A stretch of DNA of 64,000 bases from Entomortierella parvispora E1425 (GCA_020891255.1 BQFW01000007.1:2666001-2730000); one strand, 5' to 3'. Numbered from the stretch's first letter, positions 25,328 through 37,526 are shown. Notes: generated by a model not told the origin, from the sequence alone. Program-made: numbers and translations.

Positions 25328-27226
25328 CTAGCTGACCTCTTGTGCGATCGCCCCACCTTGCTGCAACAACATCCGTTGCACACTATTGAGACCAATGGCA
25401 TCTGTGAACTTTGCGTCGATGGTCACCAATCGATCTGCCACTCCCCATTTCAAATAGATCTCCACCTTCCGTCTTCCTCCTCCGTCACCCTCCACACGCA
25501 AAGGGAATCCACAGCGGCAGAGGCAAACTCGAGAGGCACCACGGGATTCCAGGAAAGACTGGTCACCGACCCCACCGTATCCCGGATAACAGCCACACAG
25601 GTCCAAATTGAGGTTGCTCAATTGACTGCTTCTTCCACAGTCGCATCGTTGTGTCGTGTGCACCAGACACGATCCAATCAGATGACCATGCCAGGGTCCA
25701 AACTGCCCCACTGTGCCCTTTCAAAACAAAGACTTCGCCCTTCGATTGAACATCCAAAATATAAATGTTGAAAGGGTTGCTATCCACGATCGAAGGACTG
25801 ACAGCAGAGTCGTCCAAACATACGGCCACCAATCCGCCACAGGGAGAAAACACCAAGGCCTGGACATAGATATCCAGGATGCATGTTCGAACCGGCTTGT
25901 GCATATTGCTCGTGTCCCAAAAACGCACCGTTTGGTCACTGCTCCATGAGACCAGCTGAGACGCATCCGGCGCAAACTTCACGCCAGAGATGAAGCCAAT
26001 ATGTCCGTAAAAGACACAAATTGGAACACAGGATTGAAGGTCCCAATGTACGATTACCCCTCTATCATCTCCAGTTGCAAGCCATTGGCCACATGGCGAA
26101 TATGATATCGAGCTCACGGATAATGTATTCTGCATGGAAGCAGACACATCTGCTCCAGACTTCCGAGTCGAAGCGATCGTTGTAGTTGAGATTCATTGTT
26201 GGGTACCCACTGTAGGGCCTGGTACCCATAGATGGCCTGGTATCTCAAGAAGGGGTTGTTGTGTTTCTTGAGAGCTGAGAGGGCCTTGCCGAGGGGATCA
26301 TGCTGAAGTACTCGGTCCAGACCCTCGACGTTTTGATCAGCCATGACACCAAGCACCTTGGAGATGGCGACTGTCAAGTGAAATACGTAGTCATGGGATT
26401 GAGAGGATGTCCCTTGCAGGCGCTTTGCAATTGCGTCGAGAATGTTGATCAGATCGTCGGCCTCCATAGAGCCAGAAGGGGCCTCCTGCACTAGCTGCGT
26501 CAGACCTTGAAGTTTTTCGACGACCATGAGTGGGCTTTTCGCAAAGTCGGTCACGAAGCATGTCAAAAGCGATCGAAAATGAACTCTCTCCAGGACGGGA
26601 CCCACGAGAACAATCTCACGAATGGCTTCAGAGTCCTTGATCGGGTCACTTATGAACTCACTGACGATCCCTACCAGCAACTGCCGGATCCTGTCCTTTT
26701 CCATCGGCTTGTTTTCCGTGGCCGTTAGCCACTCAATGTCTCTTCTATTGAAAGTCAATCCCGTGGCATCTCCTTGGATCGTTGTTAACATCGGTGACGA
26801 TAGAAGGTGGTTCGATTCAAGGGATTGGAGCAACCGTCCACAGTGGACCAACTGGGCAATGCTCTCGATGCGTTGACCGATCGTAGGAAGGTCGAGGTCC
26901 AAGGTCCTCGTCATGTTCTTTAAGAAGATATCGATGCTGGGAACCGGCTGAATGGTAGGAGCCGACTTCAGCTTATTAGGTATCTCTGCAATCGAGAGTG
27001 AGCTCACATTCCGGTCCAGCGGGTCTGCAGTTGTGGGCGAGTTGGTTTGAGAGCGTTGGGCTTCATTGTCGACCTTGTCCTTTGCACGATCATTCTTTCC
27101 GTGGAACCAGTTTGAAAGACGGCTCGACTTTTTGGGTTTGACGCTCGAGTTGCTGTTGGAGATCGACAAACCAGGCTTCCTTGAGCGGATCGAGAGTCGG
27201 AAAGAGTCAGAGTTGGCCATGGACAT
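25328..27226 (-). pseudogene. Internally deleted, frameshifted ARM-like-repeat/WD40 gene (remnant of a NACHT-WD40 NLR-like architecture)
   Basis: ORF 26114-27226 encodes a helical domain (EIVLVGPVL...LQGLTQLVQ...DDLINIL...FLRYQAIYGYQALQWVP). It passes out of frame near 26160 into WD40 repeats (ISYSPCGQWLATG, GHIGFISGVKFAPD, GHSGAVWTLAWS). Further frameshifts near 25570 (to VTSLSWNPVVPLEF...VWRV) and near 25460 lead to the tail WGVADRL...IGLNSVQRMLLQQGGAI. Confidence 0.7.
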
Positions 27227-27567
27227 TTATCGTTTGCGCCAAGGACCCTGATCAACGAAGGTGTTTTGGGTGAAAAAGCTTGCGCAACGGAAGAAGCTAC
27301 TGGTCATAGTGATGTGTCTGTTGTTCTTACCTGATTCGGAGACTATGAGCGGTGAACAGAGACGAAGTCTGTTAGAACCAGACCTCAGTACGAGAGCACC
27401 CTTGACAGTCTTGTCCTAAGTGGAGGAGCAGGGATGGTCAGAAGGCAAGGCCATGGGTTGTCCGCAGACTTTTTTTTTTTTTTTTTGAACAGAGCCTTTA
27501 CTGCGGTTTTTTTCGTTGCAGTCTGTTGACTGTCAGAGGAAGAAAACTTGGATGGATGTAAATGAGG

Positions 27568-27601
27568 TGAATGAATGAATGAATGAATGAATGAATGAAT
27601 G
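27568..27601. repeat. (TGAA)n microsatellite
   Basis: About eight tandem TGAA units. Confidence 0.9.
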
Positions 27602-28579
27602 AGATGAGATGAAATGATGGGACCCAAGAGATGAAAAAGGCTCGACTCAAAAATAAAGAATTGCTTGCACAGGGTGTCATCACTGCCTTCTTTGTTCGCA
27701 GCCCCCTGCGGTCTCGCCCTGTTCCTGCGGGAAGAGGCAGGAAAAGAGTGTTTTCCTCGACTCTGTTGTTGTCTCCACGCTGCTCACATCCGCAATGGCT
27801 GTGGCGGTGCAGGGCCCAGAAGCCTGTCCAAACACGACCCTGCTCAACCACTCCATGCCAGCCCACGCCACGAAACTATAACAGGTTTGCCAGGGCTGTT
27901 CGTGCACCTCTGTGTACACTCAATGGTCTCCACTCGATACCCCCAGACGGAAATGATCTTCAACTTTCTTGGTCAAAAGGTGCTTGCTCTACATATGTTG
28001 TTGAATGGAGACCCTCTCCCCTCCTGTGTCGATGTGCTCCGTCCAGTATCAACACTTCTGTCTCTATTTCTGGTCCGGCTGCTCGATGCACCATCTCAGT
28101 CCAATGCATTGACCCTCTGTCAACTGCATTTATCTTGTGAATTGTGGAAGTGAAGACCATACATGATATGTCTCTTCTTGGAATGGCCAGTGCAGGATGC
28201 CCCACCCCAGAAGACGGATCCATCTCTCGAGCGTTAAATGGTCAGCAAGGACAGGGACGAGAACCAGGATCAAACACGGCCTCCCAAGCAACAAGACAGC
28301 AGACGCGCCCTCTCCGCGGTGGCTTTTGCTGCGACTCGTCGTGTTTTTTTGTTGACGCGTTTTAATGAAGACGAGCGCGACCTCAGACAGTCACGGAGCC
28401 AGCCTGTTTTTGGCCAGGCACAAGACTCCCTGTGTTCTTCACCTTCTTCCCTCATTCCCTCCCTCGCCTGCATCCACATCTCACCGCAACCTCACTGTCT
28501 CTCCGCACTCAACCCTCCATCCATCAGCGTTCTTCCTCCTTCCCTTGTTTCTCCGATACAGCACTAGAGATCCCCTGCA

Positions 28580-29936
28580 ATGTCCACACCACGTTCCATG
28601 ACCGCGGGTGCCCGCAACATCCTGCGCTCGAACGATTCTGCCTCCCTCTGGAACTACACTGTCGCGCCCGGTACGACCTTCCTTTCAAATGGCTGTCATT
28701 CGACAACATGCGCCACCATCGCTCTCTATTCATTGCACTAACAGGAATTCACATGCTTCAATGTTTAATCTACCGAATGGGAAACAACCGAAACAGGTTG
28801 GAGCATGAACGAAGCCGAGGTGTTGAGAAAGGCCCTAATGCGATTCGGCATTGGAAACTGGTCAAAGATCATCGAGTCTAATTGCCTTGTTGGAAAGACC
28901 AATGCCCAAATGAATTTGCAGACGCAGCGTATGCTCGGCCAGCAGAGTACCGCAGGTAACAAGGAAAAAGAGGATTTCTTTTGTTGCTGCTACAGCCCTT
29001 TTGCTTCTTTTATTCACCGATCTGTTGTCTGTTGTTGTTGTTTTATCACCTTAGAATTCGCGGGATTGCATATTGATCCAAGAGTTATTGGACAAAAAAA
29101 CTCGTTGATTCAGGGAGAACATATTAGACGTAAAAACGGATGTATTGTCAACACAGGTGCCAAACTGTCCAGGGAAGAGATTCGCCGTCGTGTCGCAGAG
29201 AACAAGGAATTGTAATGTCCCTTTTACCGCTCTCCACTCTGATCAACCAACTATCCACAAAAGAGAAACTCGGACATTGACCCCTCGAGAACCTCTTTTA
29301 TTCAATTCGGGATCAATAGATATGAACTGACCGAGGAAGAATGGCTTGCTATCGAATTGCCTTTGCCAGAAGATGTACAGTTCTACTCCGAAATATCATA
29401 TCAATTGTGCAAGGAATGAACCTAGCAGATCAAGGATATTAGCGGATATTAACGACTTTTTTTTCGTGGTTCTTTGCTTTGACGGCTGATCTGTATTTAG
29501 CCTCAACTATGTAAGTCTTTCCTCGCAGGCCGATGAGATCTAGTTCTAAGCTTTGAAGGCGTGTATCCATTTTCAACGTTACTCACCACGCTCTTAACCA
29601 TTCTAGTGCTCGAGGCAAAACGGTCAGAAAAGATTCGCTTGGAACTTGAACTTAAGAATGTGCAGCGCCAGATTGCTATGCTTCGGAAATCAGGACACAA
29701 GATCGAGGTAAACATGAGTTCAGGACACCATCGGACAAAATGAAAGATGTCTGGTTGGATCCAGGATACATTACCTAATACCTTTCATTACTCTCTCCTG
29801 ACCCCTCACTCTCTTTTGCGATGCCCAATAGAGCGACAGCTCAGATTCACCAAAGACGGAACAGGATGACGATGACGCAGCGGAAGAGATGGTGGAAGAT
29901 CAACCTGCAGGAAAGCGTGCAAGGATTGAAGTATAG
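28580..29936 (+). CDS. Probable P1 (AMTP1) subunit of the MTA1c/AMT1 DNA N6-adenine methyltransferase complex; Myb/homeodomain-like HTH protein, 225 aa, 7 exons
   Basis: The hand-built model has exons 28580-28670, 28797-28955, 29055-29211, 29320-29374, 29501-29510, 29607-29707 and 29832-29936. All introns are GT-AG and the total is 678 nt with an open frame. The protein reads SLWNYTVAPGWSMNEAEVLRKALMRFGIGNWSKIIESNCLVGKTNAQMNLQTQRMLGQQSTAEFAGLHID...RKNGCIVNTG, which matches the pattern I recall for ciliate p1 (SLWNYTLSPGW...GIGKW...QTQRLLGQQSL..F.GL...RKNN.IINTG). The match is from memory, not a search. Confidence 0.8.
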
Positions 29937-31825
29937 TTCTTTTTCTTGCGTTGGAATTCTACCGCCCGTCTGTGTTTTATCCAATGAATCTCCAAATGAG
30001 GGAAACCCTTGAAGACACCTTCGCAATTCGAGCCTCGGGACTATTCCCGGGAATCAAAATAATAAACTGCAGCATCGAAATCATCGCTCTGCGGCCCTTC
30101 GATTTTGGAACGTATCCTCTCGCACAATTTTGGAAGTGGCGGCCAAGCAGTCAAAGCCATCGATTTGACACAGCCGGGACTTTCATCACCCACGCCAACT
30201 GCGCTCTACCTTATTGCGCGCTCTACAAAACCGCCGATCTGCTGTCGCCAATCTTTTTGACTCTACCTTGGACTTCAGGAAAATCCAAGGAGTGGTCGCT
30301 TTGATCACTTTGAGAAAAGCTGCGTGTCTCCTCCTTTCTCCCTAACCACCCACTTAGAGCCATACAAAAACTAGGGCAGATCTACAGCTGAATGGATTGG
30401 AACTATAGACCTCTCAGTCTTCGACCAGGCAACTTCTCAACAATCAAGCCTTGACACAGGTCGGTACGCCTCCCAAAAGGTATTCAGAAGGGCATCACTC
30501 TGCTGGCAAAGCAACCGGCTTTCCATTCGACCCGTTTAAAAGACGAAACCCCCTCAGGTCAGTATAAGTTCTATAGTCCATGATGGTAAATGCGCCGCTG
30601 TGGAAGAATGTGGGACCTCAGCCTTTTGCTGTATCGATACTCTAGAGAATCCCCTAGATGCTGACTGTTCTAAACTGTCGGCATCCAGGCTCAGTCGAAA
30701 GCACGTAAGATGCGACGATCTAAGTCCGATGCAAACGAACTTGCAGGTCCATTTAAGAGTGTTTGGTCATGCAGTGCATCCTTCTTGGTTGCTCACGCGC
30801 CGACGTAGAACTGATCCAGTACCATCATCCATTCTAGAAGTCGCATGCTATACTCTTTAGTGAGGAACCCGTCAACCCACTAGCTCTTAAGGACTGGAAC
30901 ACCCGCCGCCGCCGCCGCCTCCACCTTTACCATGCGCAAACTCGATGTCATGATGGAATTGAGCGTATGCTCAACTTATGTAAGTTGTATTCAATTCGGA
31001 TCTGCTTATTGTCGATAGAACTGAGCGCCGTATTAACAGCTTTCCTTTCACCATTTCTACCCAAAAGTCCAACTCGGTATGATCTACTTCTTGAATGGGA
31101 ATCGAACATTTACTGGGTAGGATACCGGCGCCTCATATGGATATGAGCGACACCGAGTCTGCGAGAAAAGACGACACTTCACGCTGGACGTGGTGTCCCA
31201 AGACATCCAAAAATGAGCCATCAGAATAAAGAAAACGGTGATACTTGCTCAAATGGCCCCCCTACACGATACCAAGAATGAGTTTCAAGTCTCTGCTAAC
31301 AGAAAGCACTCATCGGGGCAGAAAACTGCTCTTAAGTCGGGCGACGACGTGGTCGTGTCTACAGTATGGGCGTCGACCGACCAAGAAGATGGAACATAAC
31401 CTGCAAATCACATCACTGGCTTACTCAAAAGTCAGTCCATTGGGAGTGTTGGAGATATCTGACGCAGCTGCTGGACTGGACTCGAGAACACAAAGTGTCA
31501 GGAACCCATTCGAACTTCAAAGTGGGCCTTATGATTCAAACTGCAAATGCCTGGATCCCGGCCTCCATCAATCTATCCGCTTGGACGTCTTGGAAGAGTG
31601 ATCGAAAGAGGAAAAGGTTGCAGGAGCTCGGTGACCATGAAGCTTGCTCTCAAGAGCTACGAGCAAAAACCACTCTTTTGTATATCGTTTGGGACCTACT
31701 CCCACATTAAACCCCTCTTCCGGCGTCCTTTCTGCACCCGGACATAGAAAGGATTGGACGTCTATATGAATGTTTTTATTATGTTTGTGCAGAGGACGGA
31801 AAGATAAAAGGGCCAACCCGCTCCT

Positions 31826-32644
31826 TCAGGCAACATGCAACAGGTATCCTTGATTAATCAACCGCTCCACATCGCCTCTCTTGACGAAATGCTCGGAATT
31901 CTTTTTCAAACTCAAGGTGGACCCGCTTTCTGTTACGATATCGCCACAGTCCTTCAAGACTCGGACGGTGATAAAGACCTCCTTGGGTGGGGAGATCATG
32001 AGGCCCAGACCCAGATCCAGTTCCTGAAACTCTGGTAGATTCGTATACTTATTTCGACAGGACCGTTCATATTCCTGAAAGAACACAATCTCGTCCGGGG
32101 ACAAGAGTCTGCGTGAAGAGTCCGAGAGCGAATTGTAGGCCCAAGCGAGTTCCTTGATCTTTTCTAGCCGTTGGAAATGATAGGCCATCAGGATCCGTTT
32201 GTTGCGTTGAAGGGGTGTATCGTGGACCATGTATTTAGTCCAAAAGAGTTCTGTCATGGGCTGGACCAGTTCATGGGTCAGGGCTTCTAGACTCCGGTAC
32301 TGTTTCCGAGAGGAGAGCGGTGTGATGGGTTCGAGCATGGCCAGAGTGGTATGGTTGGGGTCGCTTCTGTCCGAGCCGTGGGCGGTTGTAGCCGAAGAGG
32401 AGGAAGAGGAGGAGGCAGCGGCGGGTTGCGAGTTTTGGTCTTGTTGTTCTTGCCACCGCCGCCGGGCTTCTTCCTCTGCCTGTTCCCTCTGCAGGTTGTA
32501 TTCGCGGATGAGGGACTGGCAGGTCTCGTGGAGATGTCGAATCTCGCGTGTAATGGACCGCACAAGGGGGTCATTGTAGGGTGGAAAGTGATCTATTGTC
32601 CGCTTGGCCTCACGGGCCAACTTTGAAGCTTCTTCTCCATACAT
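31826..32644 (-). CDS. PSF1: GINS complex subunit Psf1 (intronless, with an internal insertion)
   Basis: The sequence shows MYGEEASKLAREAKRT, LQRNKRILMAYHFQRL and the C-terminal B-domain PPKEVFITVRVLKDCGDIVTE...VERLINQGYL. Confidence 0.93.
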   Translation of the reverse strand: MYGEEASKLAREAKRTIDHFPPYNDPLVRSITREIRHLHETCQSLIREYNLQREQAEEEARRRWQEQQDQNSQPAAASSSSSSSATTAHGSDRSDPNHTTLAMLEPITPLSSRKQYRSLEALTHELVQPMTELFWTKYMVHDTPLQRNKRILMAYHFQRLEKIKELAWAYNSLSDSSRRLLSPDEIVFFQEYERSCRNKYTNLPEFQELDLGLGLMISPPKEVFITVRVLKDCGDIVTESGSTLSLKKNSEHFVKRGDVERLINQGYLLHVA

Positions 32645-33084
32645 TGCGCTGTACAGGGAAATATGGATGAGCCAGAGGTTAAAAAAAAAAAAAAGGAAAG
32701 AAAGTCGAGAACAAGAAGAGAGCTAGCTGTCTGAATGAAAAGATGAATGGATGGACAGAAGGAAGGGGAATGAGGACCAGAGAATGGCGCGATGAATGCA
32801 AAAAGAATCAATCGAATCGCGTTTGAAGTCTGTTCTGTTGTGTCCGCGGACTGTTTATTTTTGGTGGCAATCGGCGCGGAAAAGAGAGAAAAAACACTGG
32901 CGAGGACAAGGGCATCTCCACCAGTCTCGTCTGTCTCTCAGTCCGTCACTGCAGCAAAGAACGTGTCTCCTGCCAGCCCAGGCAGAATGGGGAAAGAAAC
33001 AGGAAGGTTCTAAAGCCTCTCGTGTTTGTTCATGGTATTTTTCCCTTTTAGTTTCGCATGAAGATTCCCAGCAAAATAGTCAGT

Positions 33085-34720
33085 TTATACGGGTTTTGCG
33101 AGATCGTTCAGTCGGCCGACCAGCAGCTCATAGGTCAAGATCGTCAACGCACTCGCAGGGACGGTCCTCAACAAGTTGGTGGGCATGCCCTTGTAAAACG
33201 CCCGCATGCCCTCCTCCCTGTAGATGACTTTGCAAGCGTGGATGATACCCTTGTACTTTGGTGGGTGAGTCGACTGGTTCTGAAGGCGTGTCCGAATAAC
33301 CTAGATCATCGAAATATAAAAACACATTGTCAGATATCACAACACTCCACACCAGTCCAGTCCGATCCAGAGTAGACTCTCCTGGTCTAAGCAAAGCTCT
33401 AATTGCGACCATACCTCATGAGGATAAGTTGCAATACTGGCAGCCATCTTGGATGTCGAGGACGCAATGAGAATGTTGGTGCTGCTCACTTGGTCGCTGT
33501 CCGCGGGTTCTAAGATGATCAAAAATCCAATATCTTGTTAAAACTTCTGTTCTGCTGTACGTCTTGTTCGATAGAAAGGATCAAGCCCTGTTGTTTGTTT
33601 TTGTCCACGTACTCAACCATATCCTCAATTTCTCGTAAAGAGGAAACTGCAATGCTACGTGACTGATGCCCATCAAAGAAGAGCCCAATCCTTTATAAAA
33701 TCCGCGGACACCTTCAACTCTGTAGATTGTTGTAAAGGCGTGAAGGGTGTTGTTGTATCGATACGGGGTATGTTCATTTTGAGTCTATAGAAGCATAATC
33801 ACGACAAGAGATTAGAGAGATGCAAAACAAGTTCGGGATCCCATGTCAAACTGAAAGCCTACCATGAAGCGAGTCTTGATAACCCAAAGTGGGTTGGTAA
33901 TAGTTGTGCTGGTTGCTCCTGCTGACATTGCGGCGACAATGTATACAAAGAGGTTCGACTCGTGGTGTCCTAGAGCAATGATGAAGTGGAAGTTCGTCAT
34001 CAGTGACACGTCCTGCAACAAATTCCACGCCCTTTTGGACATACTGCAGCGTCATGGCAAATCAGTGCGTACCAGTGTGCCTTGCTACGAAGTCCTTGAA
34101 ATAATCATATGCTGTAAAGTAGATAGCCCATGTTGGCAAATAACCGAATATCGTTGGTCCCAATCCTCGATAAAGTCCCCGAATGCCCTCCTCTGACCAG
34201 ATCCGGGTTAGAGTGCCTAAAAGGCGACAAAAAAAATGTAAAACAAAGATCGGCATGTTAGCGTCCAGGTGTCAAAGAGGAGACTCCTGTACTCCTTCAG
34301 TAGCTTGACGACTGCCTACCTGCTGTGCCCTTGTACGATTTTCCTTGTGGAGTGGCGAGTCCTTGGTTCTGCAGGCGAGTCTTGACTACATCCAGTGGAC
34401 AGGTCACCACCGAGGTGACCAGTCCTGCTCCTGCGCCTGCGATTGTATGCTTTATTTGATCCGACTCTCTAAAGAAGCAGAAGTAAAGAAAGAATTGGCG
34501 GATTAGTAACTCTCTCTTTCTGGTGTTACGCTCAAAAAGGGTTTCTTTTTTTTCCGTTAGCTTGGTCAAAGATAATTATTAGGAACGGAAGACCACGGCA
34601 GCAGACGACGACGACAATCCTCCAACACCTAAAATCCGGACGAGTGCAGGCGGGAGCAGTAGAAACGGATAGAGTTTGCATGTCCCTTATCGCTCCTTCC
34701 GCTTTGTCTGCTGCGGACAT
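33085..34720 (-). CDS. Mitochondrial carrier, NAD+ transporter (Ndt1/Yia6-like), multi-exon
   Basis: Three carrier signatures are present: [22 protein letters not shown] and YPHEV..TRLQ. Also seen are [30 protein letters not shown] and [21 protein letters not shown]. The stop is at 33085-33087. Confidence 0.85.
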
Positions 34721-36514
34721 GAACGCAACGATCCAATCCTGCCACTCTTGCCACCATCCACGACTTTATAAAGCCGGGTGTCTTTTTTCCCACAGGTTCC
34801 GTGTTTGTCCCGCATGTTCCCTGAATCGAATATCGCTGTAGACGACAGCCCCCCTATGCAGGAGACACTGCTTTCCTTCTAAGGAAGATGGAGAACATGG
34901 AGCTGATCTGCAAGCGCGTGCGTGCGTCCGTTGCGTCCGCTTCCCCTGCTGCCATCGTTCTTGTTGCCGAGCCAGAATTCACACGCCTGGAAATTAACAA
35001 AAAAATAAACGACTCGTCACTGACGCCGAAGCGGATCCTCCCTCCGTTGTGTCGCCCTGTCTGTCGCCGTCGTTTCTTAGGAGGTCTATAGGTGTGCGTG
35101 CGTGCACAAGGGAACAAGAACAAGCTCGGCAGATTCGACATTTACCTGAGTTTGGTCGCCCACCATTCACGGGTGGCCATTGTACGGTAGGAGAGAGGAG
35201 GAGAATGAAATGCGGAGAAGAGTGGGGAGTGTGTGTGGGTGTGTGAAGGAGGCCGAGGAAAGGAACAGAGCCGCGTTCGCAAAAAGGGACCTGGTGAAGG
35301 ATCTCTTTGTTCTTGTAGACTAATGCACAGATGAGATTCGAAAACAGACCGAGATTTGAGCTTTTTGGGTAGATTTGTTGGGAGCAGAGAATGAAGGATT
35401 TGAGCGCGAAGGAAAGAAATGAAAATGTGTTTTAAGCAGAAAAGTGGGCGGGAAGTGAATTCAAGAAAGGAGAGTGCAGAGGAAGAAGGACACGAAAATA
35501 ATAAAAAAAAAAAAAAAAAAAAGTTGGAAACGAGACGACAAGGATGGAAAGACGAAGAAAAGGACAGATGGAATGAAAAGAGAAAGAAGAAGGAAAAAAA
35601 GGAAATGAGGCACGCAGACAGACAGACAGACAAACACGACGCATGCATGCATGCACACGATTCTTTCCTTTTCTTGCTCTTCCCTTCTTTTTATCTCTCT
35701 CTCTATCTCTCTCCTGTGCGCACACGCCTTCTCTCTGTCCTCGTCCTTTGTGTGCACTGCATCGACAAATTAAGGCCTTCTCCTCCCTCGACTTGGCACG
35801 CGAATGAACATCCGTCCGCTGCCTTTGGCCGTTTGTTTGGTCTGCGCGTGCTTGTTTGTCTATCTTGAAGCTCCCTTCTTTGTGCAGGCTCAAGCCTGTT
35901 TGTTTTACACATTGATCACCCTGTGCACATACGCTCACATCCTTGGCGTCATTATTGACCGACACCGAGATTATCTCTTGCTCCGGACTACGAGTCGTTC
36001 AAAGAGCCTTCCTCCTCAAACATGCTGCTACGAGCAACCTGCCTGAAGAGTTTTCCATCAGACAATTCTCTATCGTGCTCAACATTGACTTGGGCGCCTT
36101 GCATTTGAATTCACAAAGAAATGTCTCTTGTATTCATCGATATAGCTCACCGTCATCGCGATGACGATCTTGCCCCCCCTGACTCCCACTCGATCTGGAC
36201 CCCCAGAATCCTGCACCGCGCAAGCTGGCCAGTGATCACATGACTTTGACCGTTTCGATTTGCAGAGGTTGACTCGTGATTGAGAAGAGAGAAACCCTTC
36301 GAAAGAGGAAGTTTGTCCTTTTGTCTTTTTGTCTTTTTACCTTTTACCTTTCTTCCTCTCTGCACGCACGAAGCATTGATACCCACACACTCTTCCTATA
36401 CCTTTGCACATCTACAACCCACTGCTCACTTCTCTCGAACTCTCTCTCGAACTCTCTCTCAAACTCTCTCTCAAACTCTCTCTCACACACACTCACACAC
36501 ACCCCACACGCAAC

Positions 36515-37526
36515 ATGTCCCACCACAAGAGATCAAAGTCGACCTCGTCGATTGAAAGTGTCCTGGAAGGCTCCGCAGCAGGACCAGGACCAGGACCATC
36601 GATCGCGATCCCCAGACGAGGGTCCATGTCCCAGTCCTTCCATTTCGCCTCTTCACCCATCACTTTTTCAAGCAACCACAACGCAAGCAACAACACCGGC
36701 AACCCATTCTTGACGTCGCCTACAGCAGCCACAGGCTCAAACTCTATCTCGGGCACAACTCCCCCCACCAACCTTTCGGCCCTTTCAAGCAGCATCCCCA
36801 TGTCGATCAGCGGCAGGCGGTTTTCGAGCAGCTTTACCAATCCCTTGACCATGGGATCGCCTCCTGCCAACGGTTTTTCGACCGGTCAATCGGTAAGTGT
36901 TTGGTCTATTATTTTATTAGCTTGTCAAAAATGGGAAAAAAAAAACGGACCGAAACTAGCGTTGCGCGATGGGTCGCACTTTTTTTTTGGACGCCACGGT
37001 ATCGCAGAAGCTTAGCTTGGTACTAAACCCGATTTTCTCGTCCCTCAACTCCCTTTCTCTCATTCTTTCCCTCTTTGACAATGGACTCACTCCCTGGCCT
37101 ATGAAAAATATGACGGATCAGCAGGATGACCGATCACGAAGGACTAGCCTATTTGGCTCAGCTGGAACATCACCACCCTTTTCGCGTCTCCCCGTCGCCC
37201 CCAATGAGATGTCAGGACACCCCATTGGCAGCAACCATGAATTTGGTGGTGGTGGTGGTAGTGGAGGCGGGGGTGGTATTGGAGGCTTGTTCCGCAAATT
37301 CTCTGCCAGCAACCGCGGGACTGTAGCGTCTACTGCACACCCTTTAAGCATGGACAAGAACGAACCTGGACCTCACACCCATTTCGCCCATCCAGAAAAC
37401 AACTACGCAAGATCCGTACACCCGCTCCACAATGCCCATTTGGATGTTAAGAAGGACACTGACAAGGATTCACGGTCCAACAGCCCGATGCGAACCATGA
37501 TCTTGAACGGCCAGATGCTGGACTGA
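36515..37526 (+). CDS. Hypothetical S/G/P-rich disordered protein (2 exons)
   Basis: ATG 36515 (MSHHKRSKSTSS) starts the frame, followed by a donor gtaagt near 36893. The second exon ends RSNSPMRTMILNGQMLD*. No family recognised. Confidence 0.7.

Noticed and set aside
28580-34720. Possible functional cluster of the P1-like gene with PSF1 and neighbours
   Set aside because: No other MTA1c component is in the window, and the neighbours are unrelated housekeeping genes.
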